This document shows, one piece after another, positions 27,901-40,063 of a stretch of DNA of 64,000 nt. This DNA comes from Styela clava. Taxonomy: Eukaryota. The stretch spans positions 11,532,001 to 11,596,000 of the forward strand of contig NC_135255.1 of NCBI RefSeq assembly GCF_964204865.1, in the 5' to 3' direction. The position numbers and the translations under genes were made by a program. Under the pieces are notes generated by a model. It saw only the letters and a list, made by a program, of their open reading frames with translations. It did no database searches and was not told the DNA's origin. The stretch's first letter is position 1. The number at the start of each line of letters is the position of its first letter.

Positions 27901-29026
27901 TCACAAGGGGATGCGTCTTCTCGTTCAGTTGTAAAGTGGTGTATATGCACGCACAACTATATTGCTGTCACAGACTTGATTAAGTTTCCAGATATAAACA
28001 GTAACAGTCATTGACACTTTTATATAACACTATAACAGAGTGACATAGACGTATTTGTTCTGTATTTTACCCTAAATTGCACAATAAATGTTGCCGTATA
28101 CTCTTTATCAAAGCGTTACATCATTCATATTCTCGAAAAACGTCTTTATATTTATTATTTATTTTTGACGTGTTACTCCTGAGAAACCCTGAAGTACTAA
28201 AACCCCCACAGTAGGAGAAATTCATTTTACAATAAATACTATTTACTTTCCTAACTATCGAAATTACGCCTGTTATGTAGTTTACCATAAATTAAGCTAT
28301 AAGTATCGCAGGGCACTCTTTATCAAAACCTAGGGGTTTCGAGGAGCAATATATCTGATCAATTAAGCTCCCAATAACACCAAATCACTTGTACCTCATC
28401 ATATATGTTCGGAATTGCAATACACAAACTCATGCGAGTTGAATATATTGGTTTCGTTGCATTTTCGGCACCATTTTGCGTATAATGACCGTTGGGTCAA
28501 ATTGCAGAATTTGAATAATCACGTTCGTGTCAAACGAGGTAAATAATAACGCTTTACCTTTTCCAGGAGACCGACATATGGATATGCGGGAGGCCGGAGA
28601 AGATATCGCGCAAGAGCAAGGAAAGCAACCGAAGAAATTTGCGTCGAATATTTATGCGGAGAGGAAGAACCAACTGATTTTGTTTACATTACCGTAAAGC
28701 CTGAACCTGACAAAAACACGGGTAGGCGGGAAAGTCGTCATCGACCAATTGCGTGCGAGTTTATAAAGGGCGTAAACTTTTCTGATTTAACTAGCGGAGT
28801 TAGACTGCAAGTTCGTCCAGATAAAGACAGTACAACTCGAATGTCTTTTCCTAAGGGAGGGTATATTTCGTTACCTCCTCGAAAAGCAAGTCGAAGAAAA
28901 ACTACTTCATCAATATCTTCCATGCCCGAAATAGCCTTTCCTGCAAAATCATTCATAGAATCAAAAAATAAATGTGAGGCTTCGCGGGGCGACCGATTTC
29001 TATCTGCATGGGTAAAATGTTCGTAG
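3951..29026 (+). CDS. Multi-exon CILP-like extracellular matrix protein (Ig-Ig-TSP1-VWD-C8-TIL-VWC/E-Ig-CILP C-terminal region), about 1540 aa visible, 5' end unresolved
   Basis: Phase-consistent GT-AG exons: 3951(or 4150)-4297, 6371-6544, 9770-9977, 15787-15945, 16638-16753, 17303-17485, 18891-19123, 19788-19968, 20111-20207, 20886-21132, 22028-22115, 22193-22463, 22825-22908, 23113-23379, 24007-24280, 25331-25551, 25934-26133, 26901-27721, 28567-29026 (TAG). Motifs: Ig ([13 protein letters not shown]...DAGEWAC; DAGVYMC; EEGIYTC), TSP1 ([11 protein letters not shown]), VWD ([14 protein letters not shown]...[13 protein letters not shown]), C8 ([10 protein letters not shown]...[12 protein letters not shown]), TIL ([10 protein letters not shown]...GCHCP), CILP-like ([49 protein letters not shown]). 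No start codon or signal exon was identified. Confidence 0.85.
7300..7752. mobile_element. Tc2/pogo-like non-autonomous DNA transposon remnant with a nested repeat
   Basis: Left end CCGTATTTCACGGACCATAAGACG is an imperfect reverse complement of the right end CGCCTTACGGTCTGTAATATACTG, which is followed by TA. Confidence 0.55.
7419..7611 (+). repeat. Dispersed ~200-bp repeat with AGTATGTGTACCA subterminal inverted repeats and a GGTTAGGGTTAG core (Helentron/MITE-like)
   Basis: Near full-length homolog at 23516-23720; opposite-strand partial copies near 19300-19375 and 22555-22672. Confidence 0.65.
8643..9110 (+). pseudogene. C-terminal fragment of PLE ORF: Cys-rich linker plus GIY-YIG endonuclease
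   Basis: Open frame RLVRAKL...CGRQSCSTC...[34 protein letters not shown]...HF...GMN. VVY-YIG motif with R, H, E and N conserved; the upstream RT domain is missing. Confidence 0.9.
9495..9534 (+). ncRNA. Minimal type I hammerhead ribozyme motif (PLE-associated), copy 1
   Basis: TGT-CTGAGGA-A-GTTTGACC-GT-GGTCAGAC-GAAAC-GTT-ACA: CUGANGA and GAAA core boxes, stem II, palindromic minimal stem III (AACGTT) and short stem I (TGT/ACA), located just after the PLE 3' UTR. Confidence 0.75.
10104..10509. mobile_element. Degenerate hAT-like MITE (TAGGGCTGGGC end)
   Basis: Left end TAGGGCTGGGCATTTCGAAT, internal ATTCGA/TCGAAT repeats, degenerate right end ATTCGAAAATGTCGATCCTGA; no clear TSD. Confidence 0.4.
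18132..18429. mobile_element. Helentron/DINE-like non-autonomous repeat with (CAGA)n microsatellite
   Basis: Short hairpin TCGGTCGGAGACCGA, inverted TTATCGAT/ATCGATAA near the ends and an internal ACAGACAGACAGACATACAGCCAGACAGACA tract. Confidence 0.45.
21604..21915. mobile_element. Old hAT-Charlie-like MITE
   Basis: Ends CAGGAGTGTGCAAC / TTTCACAACCTG; flanks ATGTATAT and ATTTAGAT (6/8 identical, central TA); internal GGCC motifs. Confidence 0.5.
23516..23720 (+). repeat. Copy of the GGTTAGGGTTAG-core dispersed repeat
   Basis: Aligns by eye with 7419-7611; subterminal inverted repeats TAGTATGTGTGCCA / TGGTACACATACATTA. Confidence 0.65.
24388..24572 (+). mobile_element. hAT-Charlie-like MITE fragment; homologous fragment at about 2250-2520
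   Basis: Shared CCCGTTGG..AATTCAAT...ATGCTGCCACAAC..AACTAAAA..AATTTTGATG...ATTGTGATTAAATTTAGTT with 2251-2392. Confidence 0.6.
24941..25263 (-). mobile_element. tRNA-derived SINE, minus-strand copy
   Basis: Reverse complement starts GGAGGTGTGGCGCATCGTGGTAAGCG (A box), has a B-box-like GTTTGAATCCC and ends in an ATCCT-type tail; homologous to 35785-35980 and 26428-26716. Confidence 0.75.
26428..26716 (-). mobile_element. tRNA-derived SINE, minus-strand copy
   Basis: Shares TATGGCGTACCACGGCCT, GGTTACCAG and GTATTCCTAACG blocks and the ATAGGAT tail with the other copies. Confidence 0.75.
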
Positions 29027-31117
29027 CTTATAAATATCACGGTGAAATAGAGCAAAGTCATCGTGCGAAAGAGAGGCATGCAAAAGAAATGGTGACCGCA
29101 AGATGGTGTAAGAGAGAACAAAGATTCTATGGCGAGAGGTTTTTACGAAGGATCTGGTGGTCATGGCAAGAGCAAAAACTCGGCCTGTATTTACCCGGTG
29201 TTGCTAAAGTAACTACAACAAAACAGTGAACCAAAGATCTGAAATGTCGCTCGCGAACGAAAGCGTGATTAAAAATGTTTATTAGCGGTACTTGCCTAAC
29301 GCAACCAGTGTTATATTGTGCTTTTCTTATTATATTTTTTAAGCTATCGCATTTCCAATCGCTTTTGATTTTCTGGGAGTGCGGGGTTGCTTCTTTTGCT
29401 GGCTGTTTTTCGTTTTTGTATCAAGTAAATTTTATTTAAATTTCTCTCCTTCTTGAGGATCATCGGTAGATGTAACAAACATCATTCTGCATACACAATA
29501 TCTATACATATAAGAAATCGAGAGCCTCTCCTTCTATGTACACTACGCTAGAAAACAGTAAATTATGTTATTCATGAAATTACTTTGACAAAACGTTCAG
29601 CATACATGCCTGAAGTTGAGCCAATAATGCATGCGCACAGTAATGTGTAGAATTTAGATTTCATAACTGTAAGAAAGTTTGTTTTGCATTTTGTAAAATC
29701 AAAAGTCAGGAAGAGAGCATTATAGCCGAATTTTTAACGAATATATGTGTTCCGAAACTTGCAAAAATTAGGCTTTCTGCTGCAATTACAAAACTGTAGT
29801 ACAACACCATAAGCTATTCTTATTTACTTTCAAACTCCCTGAAACGTCTATCGTTCGAAAAATAGTCCCTCAAACAACTAGTCTCCTCATTCAACATTCG
29901 AGCTAAACTGCTGTAACAACACGCTATGATTCAGCTTTTAGCTTTAAAAGTCCAAAGTTGTCTTTCCTGCCTAATTATACCCAACAGTCGTAAAATTCTC
30001 TACCCATACCACAAATTCTATAAAATGAATCATATCGAACCGACTTAAACAGTATTACACTCTTTGTAAAGACATTTACCACTGCTTTCAAACCTTTCCA
30101 TTATTTCTTTAGTGTATTTTTGATCCGACATTCCTCGAATTACTGCATTACTGCCCGAATTTTTATTATACATCTTTTTTACTTTATATCATTGTTCTCC
30201 AGTTCACTTTCCTATTCTTTAAATTGTATAACTATTTGTTGTTAGCATATGTATGTTTTACAGCTTGTTCTATTGCAAAACAAAGTTATTGTGGCAGTAT
30301 TTTTGTGTATTTTGATAGCAAAAGATGAAGACATAGTACTTCTGTAATATGCATGTAATAGTACAGTACCACTGAGGCATATGGATTTCTATCTAGCAAA
30401 TTGCAAATAGAAGTTTCAAACATAACTAGACATCCTGGGATAGCACATGAACCGCAGTACTGAATTTTGAATACGGAACAAAACTGAATTTGTCTCACTG
30501 TTCAAGGCAAAAGATTTCACTAATAAGTACAATGAATGTAGGTAGTAACATATATCCCAAAATCCACTCCTTCCTTACCGAGGAAGTATATCATCAGCAA
30601 ACAATTTAAAAAAATCAGTTCTCCAAGGCAACATTAAAATATACTTCAACTACACCAACAACAAATGTTATGTTTTCTTTCTTTCCAAGAAGATTTGAAC
30701 TGCAGCATACAAAAACTTACTTCTTTTCTGTGTATATATTTCAATAGCTTTGGATGGAAAATAGGGCTGTGCTTATGATAGCGAAATTCATGAGAAAGGT
30801 GATTAGAAACCACGCCCACAAAACCTAATTTGGAAACCCTGCGGAGTATGCAAGCGCCAAGTGGCATACCTGTGATTTAATGGCCTGTTTGCGAACAAAA
30901 CCATACAAAAATGTTAGATTCTTTCTCAGGTAATTTTCATTCCAATCAGTAAATATCACATGGTCGTGCTAATCCTTGGCAATTCCCAATTGGCAATTTG
31001 TTTATTACATCAACAAAGCATGTTATCAAAATAAGAGTCTGGTGCTACACCTCAAGTCCATCAGCCGCAAGTTCAGTGAACTACCATTACATCAAAAGAC
31101 ATAGGATTTCCTTGAAG

Positions 31118-34100
31118 TCAATTCTGGGAATCCTCTGTTTCTGATTTCTGTTCAGTTGGTTTCTCTTCTGAATCCTTTTCCGATTTCTCTTCAGCTTCGG
31201 ATTGGTCAGCTTTTTCTGTTGTACTTTTAGGTTCGGTGTCAGGTTCCTCATCTTCATTTGTTTCAGCTTTATTATCGGCCTTTGAAAAACGAGAAACTCA
31301 ATTTTCAACCATGAACCAAATTAGTCGCGATAATTCAGACCCAAAATGGCGATGCTCAAATATCCCTGAAGGTTAGATGGCTAATATGGCCACCATAACG
31401 TCATCAAAATGCCAGGTTCTGAAAATTTGAATTACATTGGTCCATTGTATTCGAAGAAAAGCAACAACAACCCCAACTGGAATAACAATTTTGCGAAACG
31501 AACTAAACTGGTAGACCTGGTTTTTTAAACCAACAATAAAATATGTTTTAATCCATATTAGGAACTGTAAATTTTCCCCAACATCGTATCATGCTCTAAT
31601 ATGCCTACTGAATGGAATTCAGCATTTGATAAGGTGGATCGGAAATCTAATATTGATACAAATGCAAATGTAGGGAATAGTCAAGGACTAATTCCACAAA
31701 AGTTTGAAGGCGGAATTCTCTAAACTACCACAAAATCATGTCAGATTGAGAGACACAAACATAATATCACAGTAATCACCAATACATTGTTAGTATTATA
31801 CTCAGCTTAAGTGTATAAGATTAAAAACTTTAAAATGCAAACAACCTTCGATTCATTTGCAATTGATTCCTCAACTTCCATTGTTTCTTCCTCTTTATCT
31901 TTCTCCTCTTTTGTGATTGAAGATGATTCTGTTTTAGATTCTGATTCTTCGATCTGGATAAAAATTGAAATAATTCTGATTAACATGCCCTATGCATAGG
32001 TTCAAATCTTGTGGGGAAAAGTTACTGTATGTGGGAAAGAATTGTTGACTCCTCGTTGTCATAAGGTGGTTCACACTTCGGCTGGTTGGTTACTTTACCA
32101 CTTTCTCCCTACATAACTTATAAACTGTATATATATATATACTGCATCACACTGAAAACTGAATCACATTCATCTGTCTGTATAATGATATATGTGGTGA
32201 TATTCGAACCCTTGTTATACAAATTACTATTTCCGACATGCTGTTCTGATAAATGATGAAATACAATTTTTCTTGAACAAAGTGAAATTATAGTTATTTA
32301 TTTATAATATTTACATTAAACTTAAATTTACTTTTAATATTTACCTTGTCTGGTGTTTCCTTCTTATCAGTAGATTCTGTAATTTCCTCACTACTTTTTT
32401 TTTCCAGTTCCGTTGTACTTCCAGTTTTTTCCTTTTGTTCTTCTTTTTTCTAAAATTGAATTTGAATTAAAATTTTTCTACAATCAGTAAGCACTTTAGT
32501 AGAAGTACCCGAACAAGGCCCTGTAAGGTAGTCACTGTTATTTAATGATGAGTAAGGGGCTACTCTATTTTTGAAAGTTTCAGAGTATTCCTGGTTGAGC
32601 ATCGCCTATCAAATTCATTACCGTGGGTGAGGTGAGGGCATGGGAGATTTCTGTTTCCAGGGAAAGCACTTCCGAAATAAAACTTACAGATTCCTCTGCT
32701 TTTTCTTTTGCGATTTTCTCTTTTCTAGCTTCTTCTAATTGTTTTTGTTGGGCAGCAGCATTTTGTTGTTTTTGTTTGTATTCTTTATAGTATTCTTGTG
32801 GTGTAATTCCACGTAACTGTAAATTAATATTAACAACTAGTAAAATATAATTATTATCTTAAAGACAAATGATGAAACGACCCGTGGAGAAGTGCCAATT
32901 TTGAAGTGTGTACAGCATGTGAAACAAGTTTTCAATTTAACTTAACCTGGTACGCGCGAGTAATTCATATCCCCCTGCATTGCAAAGCCTAAACCTGGGT
33001 CCTATTCAGTGTTCCCTCTGAGGTGTGCGCGTGTGCGCGCGCACACAGCTTTCAGAGGCTGCGCACACGCATAGATTTACTGCGCACAGACGTATTTCGA
33101 TGTAATGTAACAATGTGCTCGGTTAGCAGGTTGAGAAAGTTTGTTGTTGGCCCACTTATTACCCGGTTAGAACGCCAAAATTTCTTCCTTGGTTTTTGCA
33201 CAAATATTAGTCATTTCCAAAAAGTGCGCACACACCCAAATTTCTGCGCACACATACTACAAAAAATTAGAGGGAACATTGGTCCTATTTATTATCTATG
33301 CCTATGACGTTACAATGCCCTAACAGCTAGCTTGTGCAAAGCAAACAATGCATTCCATAGTAACCAAATTTTTTGTGCCGAATTATCCGATTCCACCCAG
33401 TTATTTGTATCTGGCTCTCCTGCATTGACAGTTGCACACCCCTGGTTTAATATAATCTAACGAAGCATAATTCGAAGATACCGGTGTGCAAACAAATATG
33501 TGAATATAACCGAAAAACAGAAATCAAGTCAGCATAACAAGATTTTTTCATATTTACTATCAAAAATATTTTACATAACAATCATCTCAACATGCCGTCA
33601 AGTTACATTGTGATGAAACAGAAACACGGCCTCACTAACTCCATCCATTGGAAGCAAAGAGATCATTCAAACTTACCCTTTTCATTTCCTTGCCAAATTC
33701 TTTAGCTTGATCAATCCACTTTCTCTTCTTTATGATGTGTGATTCTTCAAGATGAACAAGTTCAGTCTCAAGTTTTTTCTACAAAAATGAGAAAGTTCCG
33801 ATAAAAAATATCCCCCAAAAACCGCAAAAACAAAATGTCAAATTAAACAGGACACATAAAAAACAGGGATGGCAAAAACTCCAAAAATTAAGAATGTAGA
33901 ACATTGAATATGATTAATTAATTCAGATTAGATTCGTATATTCGATTCACATCTGTGGTAGAAAAATACAATTTTTATTGTCCTACAAAAATATAAATAA
34001 ATCTGATTACAGGAATATAGGCAGGCAAATCATAGGCTTAATGATTATTTTTCTTTTTTTAATGTTTGCTGTAACATGATCAGATCCTTATCTATTTGAG

Positions 34101-37100
34101 CTATTATGATTTTTCATCAGTGTACCACAAAGGCAAGGGTCGACAATATTCTGAATAAAATATTCCAAGAATGTTCAAGAGTTTTGCTGCACACTAACAC
34201 AGAAGTATTCTGTATCGTTTCAACCGTTATATAGTTCAAGGGTTATAGTTAAATAATCATTATTAAAATATAAATATTGAACTTGATAATGCAGAATATT
34301 TATCCCATCATTGTGTCAATGTTTAATATAGTTGGGACGAACATTGTTTCATTAATTTTCTATTTTCACAGCATCAATCTGAAATGCTGAAAACGACAAA
34401 CTTTTCCAAATTATCCCCAAAACCAAGAATTTCCTATACCGATATAACCAATTTCTAATGGATTCGAAATCTTTAAACCACACTTTTTTTATATGACTAT
34501 TATTTCACGCCTTTATTACTAATCAACATACTTGATGTAGCTCTAATGATTGCACTTGATTTTTCAAAACATTTAGTCTTTGTGATGTCACCACAACGCA
34601 AGTACTAGGTACATGTACTGCTTCACCCAATATATCGTTGACTAATCGATGGTTACGTTGGAATCTAGCAGCTGCAACATGCTTCACAGAGTAGCACATA
34701 TCTGAATCCTCTGCAATGAAAAGTAGTATTTGCTAGGTTACTAATGGGTGGATAGCTCTTGTTAATAAGGAAAAAAACAGCGCTGCGCTTAGGAGGTTCT
34801 GGGGACATTGGGGACAGTTATAGATCTTATGACACACGCTGTTTGTTTGCACAAACTAGCTAATAGGATGTTGGTATGAGCTTTGTAATGCAAAGGAATT
34901 GTAATTACTCGTACATTAAATTAAAAACTCGTTACGCATTCAAAATTGGCACTTCTCCGCAAGCGGCACAATTTTTCCTTGTGGGCCGCATATGATCTAT
35001 GGGCCACAGGTTGCACACTCTTAGCGTACACCAAAACTTTGATCTAAATTTAATTTTCCATAGAGTTTATCGCTGACTTAGTTTGAATTTTTTTCCCCAA
35101 TCAAACCATAATTCCATAAATAAACCTTCATCACTGATCCAAGTAATTGTATTTGACATAAAAATAATTCTTACTTACCAACAGTTTCATCAATAGGTTC
35201 AATGCTCATATAAGCATCGTCTTTGTCTGCTAATCCTTCAGTAGCAGCCATGATTGCTTCAGCTGAAAATTTGAAAAATCAGACAAATATTAAATTTTTG
35301 AGAGGTGATGTGCATAAGATTTGTATTTATATAGAGAAGAGAAAGGCGGTGCATAAGATTTGTATTTATATAGAGAAGAGAAAGGCGATATGACACTGAC
35401 AACTTAATCAAACGGTGAAAAATGACCTATCGTCGGGAAATCAGTCTATGTTGGGTAGGGTAATAGGGTGATTATGGCACCAGATTTGGCTCTTAATGCT
35501 CCATCCAGACATGAGTGATATTTAATAACAGCAATTGCGGTTATTGAAACTATGAAAAATGGAAAACGGGCCATGTTTTATATCTCATAGGACTTATATA
35601 GTTGGTCTGAACTAAAGTAGCATATCTAGTTACGACATTATAATAATTGAATGAAATACTTCACACAAACCTCTAGATTTAGCTTGTAGATATGTTTGAT
35701 ATTCTGGTGATAATTGATATGCCTTCAACAGTTCAACATGTTCCACCTGTAATTGAAACATTTATTTAAAATGCATTATAGTTAGGTGGTATGGCTCATC
35801 GTGCTAAGCGTTAGGAATACGCTCGCCACCGCACCTCTGATTACTCTGCGTGGATTCGCAGGTTCGAATCCCATGCGGTGATGGCTATGTGCGAGAGGAT
35901 TGCTGGACTCCTCACCGCCGTAGGGTGGTTCACGTAACCGCATCAAGTCCATTCTTCTGAAAATAAATAAATAACTGATCCCATGACTAGTGAGGGAGGA
36001 ATAAAAAGTTCCAAAATAGGCAAAGGGAGGAATTTAAAGGAAAAAGGTTGGGAACTATTGAATTCTGAATACCATGAAACTGCATTTGAGCTACCAAAAA
36101 CTTCAGAGGTCAAAGGTTAGAGCTCAGAGTAAAAAAAATAAAGCGACAAAGTCCCTGTGGTTTCGAATCAGCTTTCTGGCCTTGCATTTCCAGTTTATAT
36201 AAAGAACCAACTTTTGCAATTTCATATTCATCCATATATTGTTGTCGCTCAGTTGCTGGTAATTCTCTCCACATTTGTCCAATTATTTTTCCAACCTCCC
36301 ACAATTTTAAATCTTGATTTTTATTCTGATTTGCTCTCACATCATCCCACACCTGAATTGTAAAAATGAGAAGTAAAATAGATTGAAATTCAATGTTAGT
36401 GTTCATATAAATAAAAATGAAATTTCTGTATGCTTTAAGAGTTATATGGAGCTTTGTCCCCAATGATTTGAGAGTTCACTCAAGAACTAAATGAGTAATA
36501 ATCTACTACCTTTCTGCTATATCTCATGTAAGGCATCAACGGCTTTTCAGGTGCTTTTGGTGGCTTCGGCAATGCACGCTAACAATAAAAAAATTAACAC
36601 AATTAATATAAATTTTGATACGAAGACCGATATAATAGTATTTCTCAAAACCATAAAAATGGATAAAACTTCCAATGAGTCACAAAAATATTACTGTAAA
36701 ATTAAGATTACTACAATACCTACGAAGCAATTTAAAATACACTAAATAAGTGTAAGTCCAGTTTTTTTGTAGTAAAACGATAGGTGTTCAACATATCACA
36801 GTAAACAACATACCCCAACAGATCCATGTCTCTTTCCCCCAGTTTGTGACAGATTTCCAATCAATAGTCTAGTATTAGCAGGATGGCTGTAGTAGTTTTG
36901 AAAATATTGATTCGAACCAGCAGTCTGAAAAGTACACAAATATTGTTATAAAATATAAATCTACTTAACAGATACATTTTATACTCAGTTGAAAATGCGG
37001 TAGGCTTTGATTGCAACGAAATGGTGTCTTTCATACTTGAAAACAAAATATATTGCCAATATCCAAAACTATATTTCAAGCATTGTATGAAATTTTCTGA

Positions 37101-37960
37101 TTTATCCGTAGGAGTGAAGCAAGTAAATAAGACAGCTTCATTATATGGCAATTCACTATAATTTTTCGACCTGTTATGCATTTAATTGGATGACGGAGAA
37201 AATTAAGTACTTTAGCAACTCTATTATACATGCCTATTCTCAAACATGATTTCAACCTATGAACCACCACAGGGAAATCAATAATCATGTAGCAACTGAC
37301 ATGTACCACTTTTCTTGCACTCTGTACAATGCACTAATCACAGAACGCTCATGGTACATAGTTTGGGAGGAAAGCAGGGAAAACAAGTACTGTGGTATAA
37401 CCCTATCTTATTTGTCCTATGTGAAATGGTAATCAATCATATACGGTAGTAACCAGGGATCTATTAAAAACTGCATGCTAAGAGCAACTTGTTTCTTACA
37501 CAAACGGTCAAGCAGTAGACAAGGGTTGACACTGATCAACACAACAAAAAGTAATGTTAAAAAAATAAGAAAACAACAATACTATGCTTACAGCTGCTGC
37601 AATGTTAGGTAAGATGTGACTTTGTGCTGATGGCATTCCTATATTTTCACTTGAAGCAGCAGTAGTGATTCTTGTGCTTCTTCCTGCAAATAGATAATAT
37701 AGTTGAGGTTCAAAGCTGTACAAGACAAAAATCATCAACCAATACATATCGTGGTAGATCAGCCAACTCTCAATCAGGTGACACACCATGGAAATCAGTC
37801 TGAATCTATTTCAAATCTTCTTATTAGAGTAGAATAATTTTTGAAATAAATAACATTATCTTAATCTAACATATATGTAACATTTTTTTTTCATTTCATA
37901 TATTTACAATTGCATATAAGGCTTTCAAAACATGATCACCATGTTTAACTTACTTGACAT
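31118..37960 (-). CDS. SMARCE1: SWI/SNF subunit BAF57 (HMG box, NHRL coiled coil, acidic tail), 13 coding exons, about 454 aa
   Basis: Exons (-): 37960-37954, 37683-37592, 36924-36814, 36578-36510, 36352-36212, 35746-35671, 35262-35179, 34710-34532, 33778-33677, 32816-32688, 32449-32345, 31953-31846, 31279-31118. Peptides [49 protein letters not shown] and [16 protein letters not shown] are diagnostic. Confidence 0.95.
33007..33281. mobile_element. hAT-family MITE with perfect 8-bp TSD
   Basis: TIRs CAGTGTTCCCTCT / AGAGGGAACATTG; TSD GTCCTATT at 32999-33006 and 33282-33289; internal TGCGCAC repeats. Confidence 0.9.
34181..34222 (-). mobile_element. Short remnant of the PLE terminal region (3' half of the hammerhead plus tail)
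   Basis: Reverse complement GAAACGATACAGAATACTTCTGTGTTAGTGTGCAGCAAAAC matches 9524-9565 and 60878-60914. Confidence 0.7.
35310..35387. repeat. Perfect 39-bp tandem duplication in a SMARCE1 intron
   Basis: GTGCATAAGATTTGTATTTATATAGAGAAGAGAAAGGCG occurs twice, adjacent. Confidence 0.9.
35785..35980 (+). mobile_element. tRNA-derived SINE, plus-strand copy with intact Pol III boxes
   Basis: A box TGGCTCATCGTG and B box GGTTCGAATCCC (35861-35872); body is shared with the 24941-25263 and 26428-26716 copies and a fragment near 41220-41270. Confidence 0.8.
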
Positions 37961-39085
37961 TGTAAATGGTTGAGAGATGACACAATTCAATTAAATATTA
38001 CCTATTATCAGATAGCAGAAAAATTTATCTACAAAAATAAAATGTGCATATGAAAGTTTATATTACTAAGAATACCCACAACGTAGATATATTAGAAATC
38101 TATCATGAAAGAAGTATTCTGTTTACCAATAATTATGGATAAACATACCAATGCCAACTACCAATAGTCAGAATTCAAAATTCAAAAACTGCTATTATTT
38201 CGGATTATTGAACACCAAAATTTACATATCTATTTACATATACCAGAAGTATAGATGGCATGACATATATTGTTGATGTTTTGGAATTCGGGGTGTCCGT
38301 AGTATCAATTTCAAAGATAGGATAAAACCAACTGGATTACAGACAAAAACTTATGTGCCCATGGAAATACAAAATATCAAAATATAAGCAGCTTTTCAAT
38401 CAAAATAAATACAACATTGAGAAAAAAAGCATTATTCTGAATGTTGACAAGTATGAAGAAAACAAGCAAAACACTTTGCGAATTTTCAGCCATGTCACGT
38501 TATTGAATATAAAAGTCAAATTCATTTATTAACCTATTTCAGAAATCAAGGTTTCCTTATGTTTCCAAAAAGTATTAGTTAATGTGAAAATGTCAATTCA
38601 AAAATATATAAAATTTTAAATCTCAAATACTTTTCCCCATGTAGCTCACAAATTGTGCAATGCAAGAAAGCAGAATTTAGTGTTTCATAATAAAGCATAA
38701 ACTCGAGCCGAAATGCTTTGATAATACAAAAATTGGATTTAAAAATCAACTGAAAACAATGATGTTTATCACAGCAATTCGTTAGAATACAAGAAAAGAC
38801 CTCCTTCATTAAATTTTATTACATCAACAATACATTGTACACAATTGTCATAAATTTATACCCTTGGTGAATAGACATAAATTAGAGAGAACTTCATACA
38901 AATATTTACACTTGATAGGAACGTGAACATTTTTAATAGAATAGTATTTGTTTTGACTAATGACAAGATTCATAATTTCAGGATTTTATATTAATTGCAT
39001 CATTCTGAACTCATTCTAAAACAAAATGGACTTCTGATTATCTTTTTGCCATGATATGCCTCTGTAAAATTTATACAATAATATT

Positions 39086-40063
39086 TCAATTTACAACTCT
39101 TTTGAATGGTCTAGCACCCGGAGTTCGCACTCTTGCGATTGGTTTCTGAGATTCTTTAGCAGAATTAGTCCGACTTCTAGGATTTGTATTTCCGATTCTT
39201 TTACCACTAGGTGGATGTGGAGATATTTTTCTTATAGGACTTTTAATACTTGGTAAATCTGCACGAGTAATTCGAGTATCTTTCTCCAACTGACGAATTT
39301 CTTGCTCAGAAAAACCAACATTTTTATCTGGAATTGGGCTTTCTGGTATAGAAGTAAAATAATCAAAATCATCTTTAAGTTTCACTTCTCCGTTACCTAT
39401 AGCAGTCGAAAATTTATGCAGCGATTCGGTTATTTCTGTGGTAAGTTTATCATAAAAAGCCGGTTTATTATGAGTGTCTTCATCAATATTTTTAGGTTTT
39501 TCATTTTGAGATTCCTCCTCATCGTCACTCAATTCTTCTTCGTCGTCACTCTCATCTTCATCCGAGCTGATGGAGCAATCAACCGATTTTTCATTGAGAA
39601 ATTTTAAATTTGGCAGTTTGTCACAGATGCTTCCAACATGATGAGATGCTTCTATACATCTATTTCCAGTCAAATTTAATATTATCAAACTATTTGGCAA
39701 TTGTTCAGTAACTAAATTTTCGATACAATTATCGCTTAAATCAAGAAATCCCAAATTTGCCAAGTCTTTTACTCCTTTCACTTCATTGATCCGATTCTCA
39801 GCCAGAGTTAAAAATCGCAAATTAATTAAAATGGAAAAGTTAACCATTTCCTGTATGTGATTACATTGTAAATAAAGATTGGTAATGCAAGGCAGAAAGT
39901 CCAGCAAAGGAACAGAAGTCAATCTTTCTCTATCTAATCTAACATGAGTAAGATCAGACAGCTTTTCAACTAATGCATCGACATCAGTGTCGTTTTCTAT
40001 TTTCAGAGTTTTCAAATTTCTTCGCACTACCAGGCCAACAATATCCAACGTATGATTTGACAT
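39086..40063 (-). CDS. LRRC46: Leucine-rich repeat protein 46, intronless, 325 aa
   Basis: VRLDRE..LYLQCNHI..LRFLTLAENRI..LDLSDNCIE..LPNSLIILNLTGN pattern followed by an acidic tract, as in LRRC46. Confidence 0.85.
   Translation of the reverse strand: MSNHTLDIVGLVVRRNLKTLKIENDTDVDALVEKLSDLTHVRLDRERLTSVPLLDFLPCITNLYLQCNHIQEMVNFSILINLRFLTLAENRINEVKGVKDLANLGFLDLSDNCIENLVTEQLPNSLIILNLTGNRCIEASHHVGSICDKLPNLKFLNEKSVDCSISSDEDESDDEEELSDDEEESQNEKPKNIDEDTHNKPAFYDKLTTEITESLHKFSTAIGNGEVKLKDDFDYFTSIPESPIPDKNVGFSEQEIRQLEKDTRITRADLPSIKSPIRKISPHPPSGKRIGNTNPRSRTNSAKESQKPIARVRTPGARPFKRVVN

Noticed and set aside
26885-29121. Antisense ORFs over large exons (also 45645-46040 and 47863-48201)
   Set aside because: Shadow frames of real coding sequence with no independent motifs.
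35785-35880. tRNA gene
   Set aside because: A and B boxes are present but there is no cloverleaf, and it continues into a SINE body found in several copies.
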